The notes under the pieces are model-generated. The model was not told where the DNA came from, searched no databases, and saw only the letters and a list, made by a program, of their open reading frames with translations. A program made the translations under genes and the position numbers. DNA of 52,605 nt from Promethearchaeota archaeon. Lineage in GTDB: Archaea > Asgardarchaeota > Lokiarchaeia > Sigyniarchaeales > SOKP01. The stretch is taken from positions 1-52,605 of the forward strand of contig JAEOTA010000008.1 of assembly GCA_016840085.1 (NCBI GenBank), given 5' to 3'. Below, in pieces: positions 1-10,477 of the stretch. Positions within the stretch are counted from its first letter, which is position 1; the number at the start of each line of letters is the position of its first letter.

Positions 1-120
1 ACACCAAATATCTTTACAGGAGGAGAATTATTTCACTCTAGAAAAGAATATATCCCTACTTTAGCTTTACAAAAAGCAGCTGAAGTTTTAATATATTTAG
101 GTTACCTATGGACACAATAA
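1..120 (+). CDS. pepT: Peptidase T, 3' end (gene starts before window)
   Basis: Frame 1 reads TPNIFTGGELFHSRKEYIPTLALQKAAEVLIYLGYLWTQ*, matching the PNIFTGGxxFH..E C-terminal signature of PepT (M20B). Confidence 0.85.
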   Translation, partial: TPNIFTGGELFHSRKEYIPTLALQKAAEVLIYLGYLWTQ

Positions 121-174
121 AAGTAATTTTATAATGAAATTTGGAAAAAATTCAAAAAAGACAATTCCCCATTC

Positions 175-414
175 TTGTGCGGTTTTCCATTAGGGAAAAA
201 TTTCGTTAAAAAACTTTTTATTTTAGAATTTAAAACTAATGAGTTTATAAGATTAAAGCTTGAAGATGAAAAGATTCGTATTTACGTTAAAAAAGAGAGA
301 TTAGGGAATTTTTGTGAAAAATTAATTTTGATTGTAGATGTTAATGAAAAAGATGATTTCAATTTTGTAATTACATCGATGAGATTAAGGAGCATTACAA
401 AATCAAATAATTAA
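175..414 (+). pseudogene. Remnant of a Lokiarchaeia-type N-terminal domain usually found on LRR-type proteins
   Basis: EFKTNEFIRLKLEDEKIRIYVKKERLGNFCEKLILIV resembles a recalled motif EFKIN..I.LKLE....IYV....F..CK.LL. A second frame at 369-410 gives NYIDEIKEHYKIK*. No good start; truncated. Confidence 0.45.
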
Positions 415-825
415 TGAAGTAAATCTTTATGGGGGATACATTTGGGATAATTTAGGTTAGAGAATAGAAAATCCAATTTGGAGTTATAAATAATTTTTTT
501 GATCATTTTATTATGATGATTTATTTTGAAGCAAGAAGCTATTTTCTATCTCTTTATCAGTTAAAAATTTATTCTTAATCTCTTAATAAAAACTTCATAT
601 CTTTAATATGAAAATTTAAAGAATAATCATCGTTTCACGATGATAATAAATTTATAATCACCTTTAATTATAACGCATCTTATTATGTTTTTTATAGAAG
701 AGATTTTCTGTTAAAACTTGATGTTTTTGAATGGAAAAGCTAAAATAATAAATAAGTTTTTTAAGCTTAGTGAAGATAAGGCATAGTAAAGATAAGGTAA
801 ACTTTAGAATGGTCTGATAAATAAC

Positions 826-1113
826 ATGGTTTCTCAAATTGAAAAGTATAAAGAAAAAATTTTAGCGAAATTAAAAGAGCATGGGGTTAAAAGAGCCTCC
901 TTATTTGGATCTATTGTAAGAGAAGAAATGACTGATGAAAGCGATATCGATTTATTAATAGAATTTAAAGGAACTAAAAGTTTATTGGATTTAGCAAGGT
1001 TAAAAATAGAACTTGAGGACGTGTTAAAATGTAAAGTAGATGTGCTGACCTATAATTCTCTCCATCCGTTATTAAAAAATCAAATTTTAGCTGAACAGGT
1101 TAAAATTCTATGA
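826..1113 (+). CDS. mntA: Minimal nucleotidyltransferase (MNT/MntA-type antitoxin)
   Basis: 95 aa; LFGSIVREE..ESDIDLLIEF (GSx10DxD); KVDVLT; ATGA overlap with the HEPN gene. Confidence 0.92.
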   Translation: MVSQIEKYKEKILAKLKEHGVKRASLFGSIVREEMTDESDIDLLIEFKGTKSLLDLARLKIELEDVLKCKVDVLTYNSLHPLLKNQILAEQVKIL

Positions 1114-1448
1114 AAAAAAATGTGAAAATATTTTTAGAGCATATTCTAGAAGCAATTGATTTAATTGAAGAATATATTAAAGATAAGGGGAAATCAGATT
1201 TCCTAAAATCTATACAATTACAGAACTCTGTAATTAGAAGGATAGAAATTATAGGGGAAACTATTAAAAACATTCCTAGTGGGTTTAAAGGCATTCATGA
1301 GGATATTCTCTGGAAAGCAATTACAGGTATGAGAGATATTCTAATCCATCAATACTTCGGTGTAGATTTAGAACTTACGTGGGAAGTTATTAAAGTAGAC
1401 TTGCCGAAATTGAAGAAATCAATTATTTCTATAATAAATGAATCATAA
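1110..1448 (+). CDS. hepT: HEPN/DUF86 ribonuclease toxin (HepT-like)
   Basis: 112 aa; RRIEIIGE and MRDILIHQYFGVD (Rx4HxY). Confidence 0.92.
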   Translation: MKKNVKIFLEHILEAIDLIEEYIKDKGKSDFLKSIQLQNSVIRRIEIIGETIKNIPSGFKGIHEDILWKAITGMRDILIHQYFGVDLELTWEVIKVDLPKLKKSIISIINES

Positions 1449-1518
1449 AATTTATAAAATTAATCGTGAAAACTTAAACTACTTACAGATTAGATAAGAA
1501 TTATTATAATAAAGGTGT

Positions 1519-1707
1519 ATGAAAAAGTTAGATGAAAAAGAAATTGAAAAAATTAAAAAAGATATTGAACTCGAATTTCCAAATGATAATGCATTGCAAC
1601 AAATTCATATTGCAAGAAAAATTATTGCTAAAGAAGCAGAAAATAAAGGCTTGAAATATCTTGATTATATTAAGTTAATTACCAAAGATATTGAAACAGT
1701 TCAATAA
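1519..1707 (+). CDS. Small hypothetical protein
   Basis: 62-aa ATG ORF preceded by AAGGTG; protein-like composition. Confidence 0.6.
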   Translation: MKKLDEKEIEKIKKDIELEFPNDNALQQIHIARKIIAKEAENKGLKYLDYIKLITKDIETVQ

Positions 1708-1961
1708 ATCTATTTATTAAAATAATTAACTTTTTTATTATTCAAAAAATTTAACTCTTTCCTCATTTTATTATTATCATTAATGATCTAAATCTAAAGG
1801 TTTGATTTAACACTAAAGACTAAATTACTCTAAAAATCAAATTTATAGGATATAAAAAATTTACTTCACTACAACTCAATTAAATTGTATTCTTTTAGGA
1901 ATTAATTTTTCTTACTAAAATAAACTCAGTTATTAACAACGAAAATATTCATTCAAATACA

Positions 1962-3290
1962 TTGAAAATGCTAAAATCTAATAACGGGGAAGAAGCGGAA
2001 TCAAAAATAACTCCCGATTTTGTTCCGATGATTAGAATTGTCTTCTGGAATAGTTTAGGATTCTTTTTCTTTCAATTTTTAATTCCTTATGTTACGGCTC
2101 AACTTCTTGAAGCCTCAGGTACCGAAATGGGATTAACATTTGCAAGTCAAACAATTGGTGGTTTAATAAGTACCCCAATTGTTGGTTATCTTACTGATAG
2201 AGTATCTAAAAAGCTTTTGGTATTAATAGGGAGTTTTGGGAGGGCTGCATGTTATATTCTATTGTACGTTGGAATTATTTTTTCTTCCTTAATTATATTT
2301 GCAATAGGATTATTTGTACTAGGATTCTTCCTAGGATTTTTTTGGAGTCCCTTAAATGCATTAATATCAGAAAAATCACATAAAACGTTCCGTTCTTCTG
2401 CATTTGGGAAGCAAGGGGGAATGCTAGGTAAGGGTAATTTTGTTGGATCTATATTTAGTTTTTTAATTTTTGGAATAGCAAATTACTATGTGCCAAATAA
2501 TAGAATTATAGTATATTGTCCATTAATTTTATTTACAATTTCTAATATCTATGCGGGAATTACTTTTCATAGAAAAGTAGATGAAAACTTAACATATGAT
2601 ATTCATATGAACTTCACAAATGAGGTTTCAATGGATTCTGAATTAGAAACGAATCATACATCCTTAACGTTAACTATAGGATTTATGATTGGTTTTATAC
2701 TATTAATAACTGCTTTTATGACAAGTAGCACTAACCAAACCATCGCTCCACCCTTTTTCCAAGTATATTTAATAAACGAATTAAATGTAATTAACCCAAC
2801 ACTGGTAATGTTTATTTATTTTCCTAGTCAAATAATATCATTATTGCTTGCTCCAAGAATGGGTAAACTTGCTGATAGAATTAAACCCCAATTAGCTATT
2901 ATGATCATATGCGGATTTGGAGCTCTGGTAACCTGGCTAATAGTTAATAGTACATCTGGATTAATGTTTGGAATTATTCTGGTATTTGACGTCACATTAG
3001 CATGGGCTAGTTCTTTAGTGCTACAAAATGTGCTTAGTCGCATTTCTAAGGGCCATCGAGGTAAAATTTTTGGAGTCGTTCAGTGGATGAGTTTCTTAGG
3101 AGCTATCGTAGGTCCTATTGTAGGAGGCCTAGCGTGGGATCATTTAGGATTTCAAGCACCATTCATAATCTCTATATTTATAGAATTATCATTAATTCCT
3201 TTATATATTATAGCAATAAGTATATTGAAACCTTATATGGCAGAAAAAATAGAAATGGATTTTAAAAAAGTTGGGGGTAAAGAGATATAG
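1962..3290 (+). CDS. MFS transporter
   Basis: About 12 hydrophobic segments; motif A-like GYLTDRVSKK and GKLADRIKP; GPIVGG. Confidence 0.9.
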   Translation: MKMLKSNNGEEAESKITPDFVPMIRIVFWNSLGFFFFQFLIPYVTAQLLEASGTEMGLTFASQTIGGLISTPIVGYLTDRVSKKLLVLIGSFGRAACYILLYVGIIFSSLIIFAIGLFVLGFFLGFFWSPLNALISEKSHKTFRSSAFGKQGGMLGKGNFVGSIFSFLIFGIANYYVPNNRIIVYCPLILFTISNIYAGITFHRKVDENLTYDIHMNFTNEVSMDSELETNHTSLTLTIGFMIGFILLITAFMTSSTNQTIAPPFFQVYLINELNVINPTLVMFIYFPSQIISLLLAPRMGKLADRIKPQLAIMIICGFGALVTWLIVNSTSGLMFGIILVFDVTLAWASSLVLQNVLSRISKGHRGKIFGVVQWMSFLGAIVGPIVGGLAWDHLGFQAPFIISIFIELSLIPLYIIAISILKPYMAEKIEMDFKKVGGKEI

Positions 3291-3292
3291 TA

Positions 3293-4075
3293 ATGAGACC
3301 GCACCATAAAAAAGCTATAGAAAGATTGGTGGAAAATATTAAAAGAGACGATAGGTTCTTAGCCCTTATTATTGGTGGATCAGTTGCAAAAGGTATGGAA
3401 AGGGAAGATTCGGATATTGATGTCATTCTTGTTGCTACTGATGGGGAATTCGAAAAAAGGAAGAAAAAGAGCATGTTTTTATATTACGAACAGAAGTTCT
3501 GCGATTATCCTGGAGGTTATGTAGATGGTAAGGTTGTAGACCTTCAGTTTTTAAGAACTGTAGCTGATAGAGGGAGTGAACCGGCTAGAGATGCATTTAG
3601 AGATTCTTACCTTGCTTATTCAAAAATTCCTGAACTTGAGAATATCTTAAAAAGAATTCCTATCTTTCAGAAAAATGAAAAACTCAAAAAAATTAGAAAA
3701 TTTTATGCGCAATTCGAAACTGCTAATTGGATTATTAAAGAAGCAGAAAGAAGAAATGATGATTATTTATTAACACGAGGGATTACAGACCTTATCTTAT
3801 TTGGTGGGAGATTAATCCTAGAACATAATGAGATCTTATATCCCTTTCATAAACTATTTATGACAACATTAGAAAAAGCTCCTGACAAGCCAAAGAATCT
3901 AATGACCTTAATTAAAACTCTTTTAAATGATAGAAACTCCAAAAATGCTGATGCTCTTTATGAAACTATTAAAAATTTTAGAAAATGGGAAATCCAAGCA
4001 TTTTGGGCAATTAGGTTTCTACTTGATACTGAATGGGCGTGGATGGAGGGAAAACCATATGTGGGAGATATTTGA
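3293..4075 (+). CDS. Nucleotidyltransferase-domain protein (Pol-beta superfamily)
   Basis: IIGGSVAKG..DSDIDVILV at N-terminus, helical C-terminal part. Confidence 0.85.
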   Translation: MRPHHKKAIERLVENIKRDDRFLALIIGGSVAKGMEREDSDIDVILVATDGEFEKRKKKSMFLYYEQKFCDYPGGYVDGKVVDLQFLRTVADRGSEPARDAFRDSYLAYSKIPELENILKRIPIFQKNEKLKKIRKFYAQFETANWIIKEAERRNDDYLLTRGITDLILFGGRLILEHNEILYPFHKLFMTTLEKAPDKPKNLMTLIKTLLNDRNSKNADALYETIKNFRKWEIQAFWAIRFLLDTEWAWMEGKPYVGDI

Positions 4076-4089
4076 CTCTACAAATTGAA

Positions 4090-5207
4090 CTATATTGGGG
4101 ATATTATCCTATTCTCCCTTGAAGAGTGATAAGCATGATCTATAATTTCATGTGCTCTATAACCAATTTCTAATCCCGGAGATGGTTTTTCTTTCTTAAC
4201 AATAGATTTTAAAAAATGTAGATTTTCGTATAGATAGGGACCTGTTCGTGGATAAAACTGAGGATAATTATGTGCTTTTTGATATTCATCAACTATCTCA
4301 TCAAAGTTAAGACTTTTTCTCTTCCTTCCTATTATATATTCACATTTTTTAAAAGAAAATATAGTATAACCATCTAGAACTAAATACCCATTTTCGAAGA
4401 AAACTTCAAGATGTCGCTCGTCCATTTTTGCTTTATTCCATATGCTAATTAAATTACCCACAAATCCATCTTCACATTCAAATTCTATTGCAGCCACATC
4501 TTCAAGTCTTTTTTGAGATATAGGTGACACATATCTTACTTTAGCAAATAATTTTGATAGGTTTGAATCATCTGTAAAAAGATATTCAACTAAGTCAACA
4601 TCATGGATGCCATGTTCAAAAAGACAGCCTGCGTGGGCTAGGGCTGGATCTTCTCTCCACTTAGAAGGATGAGTACGGGATTCAATTGGCCATTCTTGAG
4701 TATCTCTAAAGATAAATGATAATCTTACACCAAAAGAGTTTTCATTATTCAATAAGATCTGTTTTATTTTCCAAAAAACAGGGCAATGTCGTAATACGAG
4801 TCCTACATGAGTTAATATTCCGTGTTTTTTTCAATTGAAATCATTTCTCTGATATCTTCTAAAGAAAACGCGAGTGGTTTTTCACAAAAAATATTTTTAC
4901 CTTCTTCAGCAGCTTGTATATAATAGTCTTTATGGAATTTCGTAGGACATGTTATATATATGATATCTATTCCTTTATCTTTAATAATTTCAGTAGGATC
5001 TGATGTAAAATATTCTATATTAAATGGATTGTTTATTTTTAAAATTTTTAATTTATTTTCATCAATATCTGCTACTCCTCGTACTTTTATATTAACTCCA
5101 TTCTCAGAAAGGAGATTTTCTTTATGAATTTGTTTGAGCGAACCTAAATGTAAAGATCCAACAATGCCAGTTCCAATCATACCAATATTTAAATTCATCA
5201 AAATCAC
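4090..5207 (-). pseudogene. Gfo/Idh/MocA oxidoreductase split by a 1-nt frameshift (ORFs 4812-5207 and 4090-4752)
   Basis: N-half has IGTGIVG, PTKFH, NIFCEKPLA; C-half has EHGIHDVDL. One extra A in the A7 run (4825-4831) joins them: IEKKHGILTHVGLVLRHCPVFWKIKQILLNNENSFG. Confidence 0.85.
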
Positions 5208-5457
5208 TCTATATTTTGAAATTTAATTTATTATATACTCAGAATAAACAAACTTGAATCAAAATATGAAGAGGAGTTATAAAAAACTTCTTTTTTTAAG
5301 CAATCTAATTTATTAAAACTTTGCCTTATATTCTTTTTTTGAATTAGATCTATTTATTTGGTTAAATTTTATGTTTAATTTTTAAGTATATACCTTATAC
5401 AACCCTAAAATAATAAAATTTAATTATTTGGGAATGTTATAAAATATAACTTAAATT

Positions 5458-5529
5458 GGGGTCGTGGATTAGTGGAAGATCGTTCGCTTGGCATGCGAAA
5501 GGCCGCGGGTTCAATTCCCGCCGACTCCA
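5458..5529 (+). tRNA. tRNA-Ala (anticodon GGC)
   Basis: Acceptor GGGGTCG/CGACTCC with the G3:U70 Ala determinant; anticodon arm TTCGC-TTGGCAT-GCGAA; T arm GCGGG-TTCAATT-CCCGC; discriminator A; no encoded CCA, no intron. Confidence 0.97.
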
Positions 5530-5716
5530 TTACATATTTTTAGATTTGGCTAAAGTTCTTGAAGAACGCGAGCAAAGTGAATCAGATTTCTCAAGTCTTT
5601 AATTTATGAAAAATAAAGGCAAGCTTCCTCATTAAAAGAAAATATAATTTATAATTTTCAAAATTCTTTAAGTTAAAATATTTATGTTTAAATAAGTGTT
5701 CTTATTTTCATAACCT

Positions 5717-8700
5717 ATGACTAAAATTAAAAAAAAATACAATAGATTAGTTATTACGCTAATTTTTTTTAGCTTATTTATTACACCTATTTTTGGAATA
5801 GGATTTTTTCATAATACCATTGCTGATTTAAATAAAGATTCAATATCGAATTTAGATCTATTGTCATCATCACTAAAAGACCGATTAAAAACAGATGATC
5901 AAGATTTGGAACTCCAATTAGATAATAGTAATTCTAAATTCGATGAAGTTCTTAAAGAATATTTATATAATCTCACGATCTCGAATCAAATAAACCAAAA
6001 GAACATGAAAATAATAGTTCTTTTTGATTCTAAGATAAATAAGGGACAAAGAATTGAGATTTTGGATTCAGTTTTTGAAGATTATATATTATTGACTCAT
6101 TACGATATAATTCCAGGTGTTTATATAAAAGTAAGCCCAAACCAACTCATTGGAGAAGAGAAAGCTATAGAGGGAGTTCAATCTATAAAAAAAGTCTATA
6201 AATCTAAAATTTATCAAAATCCTTATATTTCAGATGATTCACTTCGACTGAGTGCGTTAAATAAAGAATCTTATCCTAATTGGTGGCTTTCTGCTATTGG
6301 TGCTGAAAATCTAGCTTATGATGGCAGTAATGTAAGAGTTGCAGTTATTGATACTGGCATATATGATCATCCTGCCTTAAATATTGTTGAAAATAAAAAT
6401 TTCGTTACAAATGAAAGCACTTCAAACTATAATGATGATGTAGGTCATGGAACCCATGTTGGGGGGATTATCGCGGGTGATGGAACAGGTACAGATGGAG
6501 AATATCGGGGTGTTGCCCCTGGAGCATTATTAATCAATGCAAGAGCAGGAAATGCAAGTGGATTGGAGGAAGCTGATATTATAAGCGCTATTGAATGGAG
6601 TTCAGAGCCAGAAGGATTAGGTGGTGCGGGTGCAGACATAATATCAATGAGTTTTGGTGGAGGATATCCTTATATTTCAGATTTAATAACACAAGCTGTA
6701 TCAAAAGCAAAGGAAGATTACGGAGTTATTTTTGTAGCATCAGCGGGTAATGAAGGACCAGATTATTTTACAGGATCTACACCAGCTGCGGGAGTAGATG
6801 TAATTTCTGTAGGCGCAACTGATAAAAATGATGGATTGGCATCTTTTAGTAGTTGGGGCCCTACATTTGGGTATATAGGTTATCCAGATGTTGTTGCTCC
6901 TGGAGTTAATATTATTTCAACAGAAGCGAAAGATTCAATTATATCATTTCAAGAGCGTTATAAAGATAATTATTTTGATTTTACTGGAGATGCAGATTAT
7001 ATCCCTTTAAGTGGTACAAGCATGTCGGCTCCTATGGTTGCTGGAGCTTTAGTTATTTTAAAAGACGCTTTTCCTAATCTCACGCCAGAAACTGCCAGGA
7101 TAGCTTTGTTGGAAGGCGCAAGTAAGCTTCTTGATGAACAAGATGAGGAGGTTCTTAAATCTGGAGCAGGGTTAATAAATGTTTCGGCATCATTAATCTA
7201 TTTAGATAATCAAAAACCAGATTATAATGGTGTTGCTAAAATTTTTCCGGATAATTTGCCTGTTAAACCATTTAACGTATTAAATTTTCCAGGCGATCAT
7301 CTAAAATTTAATTTAACAATAATTTCTGGTGCCAATAACACATACAATATTAATATACCATCTAGTATACAAGGTGTATCGTTTTCAATAGATAAACCAA
7401 GCATTACTTTTAGTGAGAGTAGTATCGATTTTGTTGAATTAGATATAAAGATCGATAATAATGCGATTCCCGGTATAAGAAACTTTCAATTAAACATATC
7501 AGTAGGGGAACAGATATATGATAGTGTAGACATTACTTTAGATATCCGCTTACCAGAATATCGTATTTTAATGGAATCTTATCATGGTGTAAATGATTGG
7601 TTTCCTGACTTTTCATTTAATCAAATGGGATTTTTGGAAGCTATGAATGATCTTGCTGAAATGAATATCTCAATTGATTATCGAATGGAATATTGGACTC
7701 CAGACTATAACAAATACACGAATAATTCAATTTTAACAGAAGAAAAATTAGCACAGTATGATATAGTGTTTTTACAGACACCAATCTTGCCTTATAGCCC
7801 TTTAGAAATAAATAATCTCAAAAATTATTTTGATAAGGGAGGAAATTTAGTATTTTTAGGAACGAGATATCAGGATATGGCAATAGAAAACTTAAATTAC
7901 CTATTCTCTCGATTAGAGTTAGATATTCAAATAAATGAAGAAAATATAATGAATGCTAATTGGCTAGGAATAGGTGCTAGTGTGGACTCTCAAAGTGTTT
8001 ACGATTTTGACAATGACTATATTTTCAAAAATGTAAGTAGGTTCTTTTGGGGGTATGGGAATAGTTTTAGTGTCTTTAATAAGGCAGAATCTATTGCCAC
8101 CGTTAGTAATGCAACAGTTGCAGCCTTTTACAACGGAACATCTGAAGATAAGGGACAATTTTTAGCGTTTGGAGATCTACATTGGATTTATAATAAATAT
8201 GATTCACAAAATTACATTCAAGATCATACAACATTACTAAAAAACATAATAAAGTCTTTCATATCTAAAGATGAAGTATCAATTAATATTGAGCTAATAT
8301 CAGAGCGTACTTCTACTTCTCAAATTGGTATTTCTCTTTATTTAAAAAACCAAGCAACAGAATCTCCAATTACTACCTATAATGACTTAGAAGTAACTAT
8401 TAAAAATGATGCTTACTCGAAATCAATTATACTCGATGCTAGTTTGAAAAGTGAAGGAATTTATTTCAATAATTCTTTTTCTTTACCCTCTCCAAGTTAT
8501 ACTCCTTATTTTATTATCGCTGATTTAACTATAGATGCAAAACATTATAATAAAACGACAAAAATCCTTTATTATGATCAAAGTAAAGTTCCAAAGATAA
8601 TTAACGTCACAACTAGCCAATCTTCTGTATCAAGAGAAGGTGGAAATACAATAAATCTGACTGCTCAATTAGATAACACGAATTATGATATTTTTGAAGG

Positions 8701-9709
8701 TTTTTTATCGATTTATTCATATTCTTTTTACAATTCTAAGACGACGGTTAATAAAACTCTAACATTTAATCCTATTGTCTCCTTAAATAGATACATAGAA
8801 ACTTTTGATCCAGATGTTACTGATCCCTCTGGACAAGCTATTTTCTACATAATTCCTTCAAATGGTAACTATATTAATCCAAAATCGCCTAGACACACTT
8901 TTCTGATTGAAAACAATCCTCCAGAAATTTTGGAATCAAGCTCTACTTTCAATATTGATGGAAATCAAGATGAAACGTTTGAAGATACTGAATCAGATGA
9001 AGGTACTATGGTTTACAGTGCTTCTCAAGGAAGTAAAGTAAATTTCGTAGTAGATGCTGAAGACTCAGTCGACTATGAAGATAGTATTTCAGAAATGCGA
9101 GTATTCGTTAATCTAATAATTGCTACGGTATCGCAGGACGGATACTTGATATTTATTTTTCCAAGTGATATCATAGTTGATGAATTGCTTTTTCAATCTG
9201 CTTCTAGTAAATATGAAGGAACTTTTAAAATCCCAAATACCATGGAATATGATTCACTTTCAGGAACTAAATCAATATCAACCGTTACAAATTTCGATAG
9301 TTCTACTAATAAAGGATATTTAGGAATACTATACATTACTGTTTCTGATAGTGAAGGAGAGTATGATGATTTTATAATAATTCTAAGTATTTCTGGTAAA
9401 CAAATGGATATGTCTATGATCCTCTTAATTTTATTACCAATTATAGCTGTTATTGGTATAGGAGGAATGTTAATTTATTATTCAAGAAGACGTAAAATAA
9501 GAAAAGTTTCACAAACTCAATCAGGATATCGAGATTACTATTATCAGCCTTCTTATGAGCCCCAAGAACAAGTATATGTTACTCCTGAATCTCCATCTGA
9601 ATTAGGACCTGGGATGTATTGTCCGTTCTGTGGAGGATTAATAAAAACACCTAAAAAATTCTGTCCAAATTGTGGAGAATCACTTGAGTTCGATCAGGAA
9701 AAAGAGTAA
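5717..9709 (+). CDS. Membrane-anchored S8 subtilisin-like serine protease with C-terminal TM helix and double zinc ribbon
   Basis: N-terminal hydrophobic signal; catalytic VAVIDTG, GHGTHVGG, SAGN, SGTSMSAP; TM MILLILLPIIAVIGIGGMLIYY-SRRRK; CPFC..CPNC tail. Confidence 0.92.
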   Translation: MTKIKKKYNRLVITLIFFSLFITPIFGIGFFHNTIADLNKDSISNLDLLSSSLKDRLKTDDQDLELQLDNSNSKFDEVLKEYLYNLTISNQINQKNMKIIVLFDSKINKGQRIEILDSVFEDYILLTHYDIIPGVYIKVSPNQLIGEEKAIEGVQSIKKVYKSKIYQNPYISDDSLRLSALNKESYPNWWLSAIGAENLAYDGSNVRVAVIDTGIYDHPALNIVENKNFVTNESTSNYNDDVGHGTHVGGIIAGDGTGTDGEYRGVAPGALLINARAGNASGLEEADIISAIEWSSEPEGLGGAGADIISMSFGGGYPYISDLITQAVSKAKEDYGVIFVASAGNEGPDYFTGSTPAAGVDVISVGATDKNDGLASFSSWGPTFGYIGYPDVVAPGVNIISTEAKDSIISFQERYKDNYFDFTGDADYIPLSGTSMSAPMVAGALVILKDAFPNLTPETARIALLEGASKLLDEQDEEVLKSGAGLINVSASLIYLDNQKPDYNGVAKIFPDNLPVKPFNVLNFPGDHLKFNLTIISGANNTYNINIPSSIQGVSFSIDKPSITFSESSIDFVELDIKIDNNAIPGIRNFQLNISVGEQIYDSVDITLDIRLPEYRILMESYHGVNDWFPDFSFNQMGFLEAMNDLAEMNISIDYRMEYWTPDYNKYTNNSILTEEKLAQYDIVFLQTPILPYSPLEINNLKNYFDKGGNLVFLGTRYQDMAIENLNYLFSRLELDIQINEENIMNANWLGIGASVDSQSVYDFDNDYIFKNVSRFFWGYGNSFSVFNKAESIATVSNATVAAFYNGTSEDKGQFLAFGDLHWIYNKYDSQNYIQDHTTLLKNIIKSFISKDEVSINIELISERTSTSQIGISLYLKNQATESPITTYNDLEVTIKNDAYSKSIILDASLKSEGIYFNNSFSLPSPSYTPYFIIADLTIDAKHYNKTTKILYYDQSKVPKIINVTTSQSSVSREGGNTINLTAQLDNTNYDIFEGFLSIYSYSFYNSKTTVNKTLTFNPIVSLNRYIETFDPDVTDPSGQAIFYIIPSNGNYINPKSPRHTFLIENNPPEILESSSTFNIDGNQDETFEDTESDEGTMVYSASQGSKVNFVVDAEDSVDYEDSISEMRVFVNLIIATVSQDGYLIFIFPSDIIVDELLFQSASSKYEGTFKIPNTMEYDSLSGTKSISTVTNFDSSTNKGYLGILYITVSDSEGEYDDFIIILSISGKQMDMSMILLILLPIIAVIGIGGMLIYYSRRRKIRKVSQTQSGYRDYYYQPSYEPQEQVYVTPESPSELGPGMYCPFCGGLIKTPKKFCPNCGESLEFDQEKE

Positions 9710-9751
9710 AAATAAAACCAAGTTTCATAAATTTTTTTTCTAATTTTTATA

Positions 9752-10477
9752 TTATTTTTTTTCCAAAACTATAACCTCGCCCTTTTCGGTTCCTATATAT
9801 GCTTTAGAGGTTATATTAATAAATAAACCTGTATCAACAACACCAGGAATTTTTAAAATCTTTTGATCGAGCTCTGCAGGATTTTTAATTTCACCAAAAT
9901 CTGTATCAATAATAAAATTACCATTATCAGTTATTAAGGGTCCACTTTTCGATTTAGCCATTCTAAGAACTGGTTTTCCATCTAGTTTCATTAGTTTTTT
10001 CATTATTGGAAAATAAGCCATAGGAATAACTTCAATGGGTACTCCATTTTTCCAGTTTGTGCCTAATATCTCGGACTTTTTTCTATAATCCGCAATAATA
10101 ACTAATTCTTTTGAATTAGAAGCTAAAATTTTTTCTTGTACTAAGCAACCTCCTCCTCCTTTAATTAAATTAAGATTTTTATCTATCTCATCAGCGCCGT
10201 CAATATCTAAGTCGATCTCTGGAAATTGTTCTAAAGAAGCTAAATCTAAATCATTTTCAATAATTAATTGATATGATTGAAATGAACTCGGAATGCATTT
10301 TAAGTTCAATGACCTTTTTTGATTCATTCTTGCAATGTGTTGCACCGCATAAACGATGGTTGAACCACTTCCTATTCCTATAACCATGTTCTTTTTTACA
10401 TTTTCCTCTACAGCTCTTTCTGCTGCTAATCTCTTTCCTTTTTCAATTAAATTTTCAGTCATGGGATCACCATACAA
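9752..10477 (-). CDS. rpiA: Ribose-5-phosphate isomerase A
   Basis: GIGSGST, DGADEID, IKGGGG, TDNGN, IPGVVDTGLF. Start may be the second Met (10462). Confidence 0.97.
   Translation of the reverse strand: MYGDPMTENLIEKGKRLAAERAVEENVKKNMVIGIGSGSTIVYAVQHIARMNQKRSLNLKCIPSSFQSYQLIIENDLDLASLEQFPEIDLDIDGADEIDKNLNLIKGGGGCLVQEKILASNSKELVIIADYRKKSEILGTNWKNGVPIEVIPMAYFPIMKKLMKLDGKPVLRMAKSKSGPLITDNGNFIIDTDFGEIKNPAELDQKILKIPGVVDTGLFINITSKAYIGTEKGEVIVLEKK

Noticed and set aside
5458-5720. tRNA-Ala as an integration site
   Set aside because: No duplicate of its 3' end and no integrase seen in the window.
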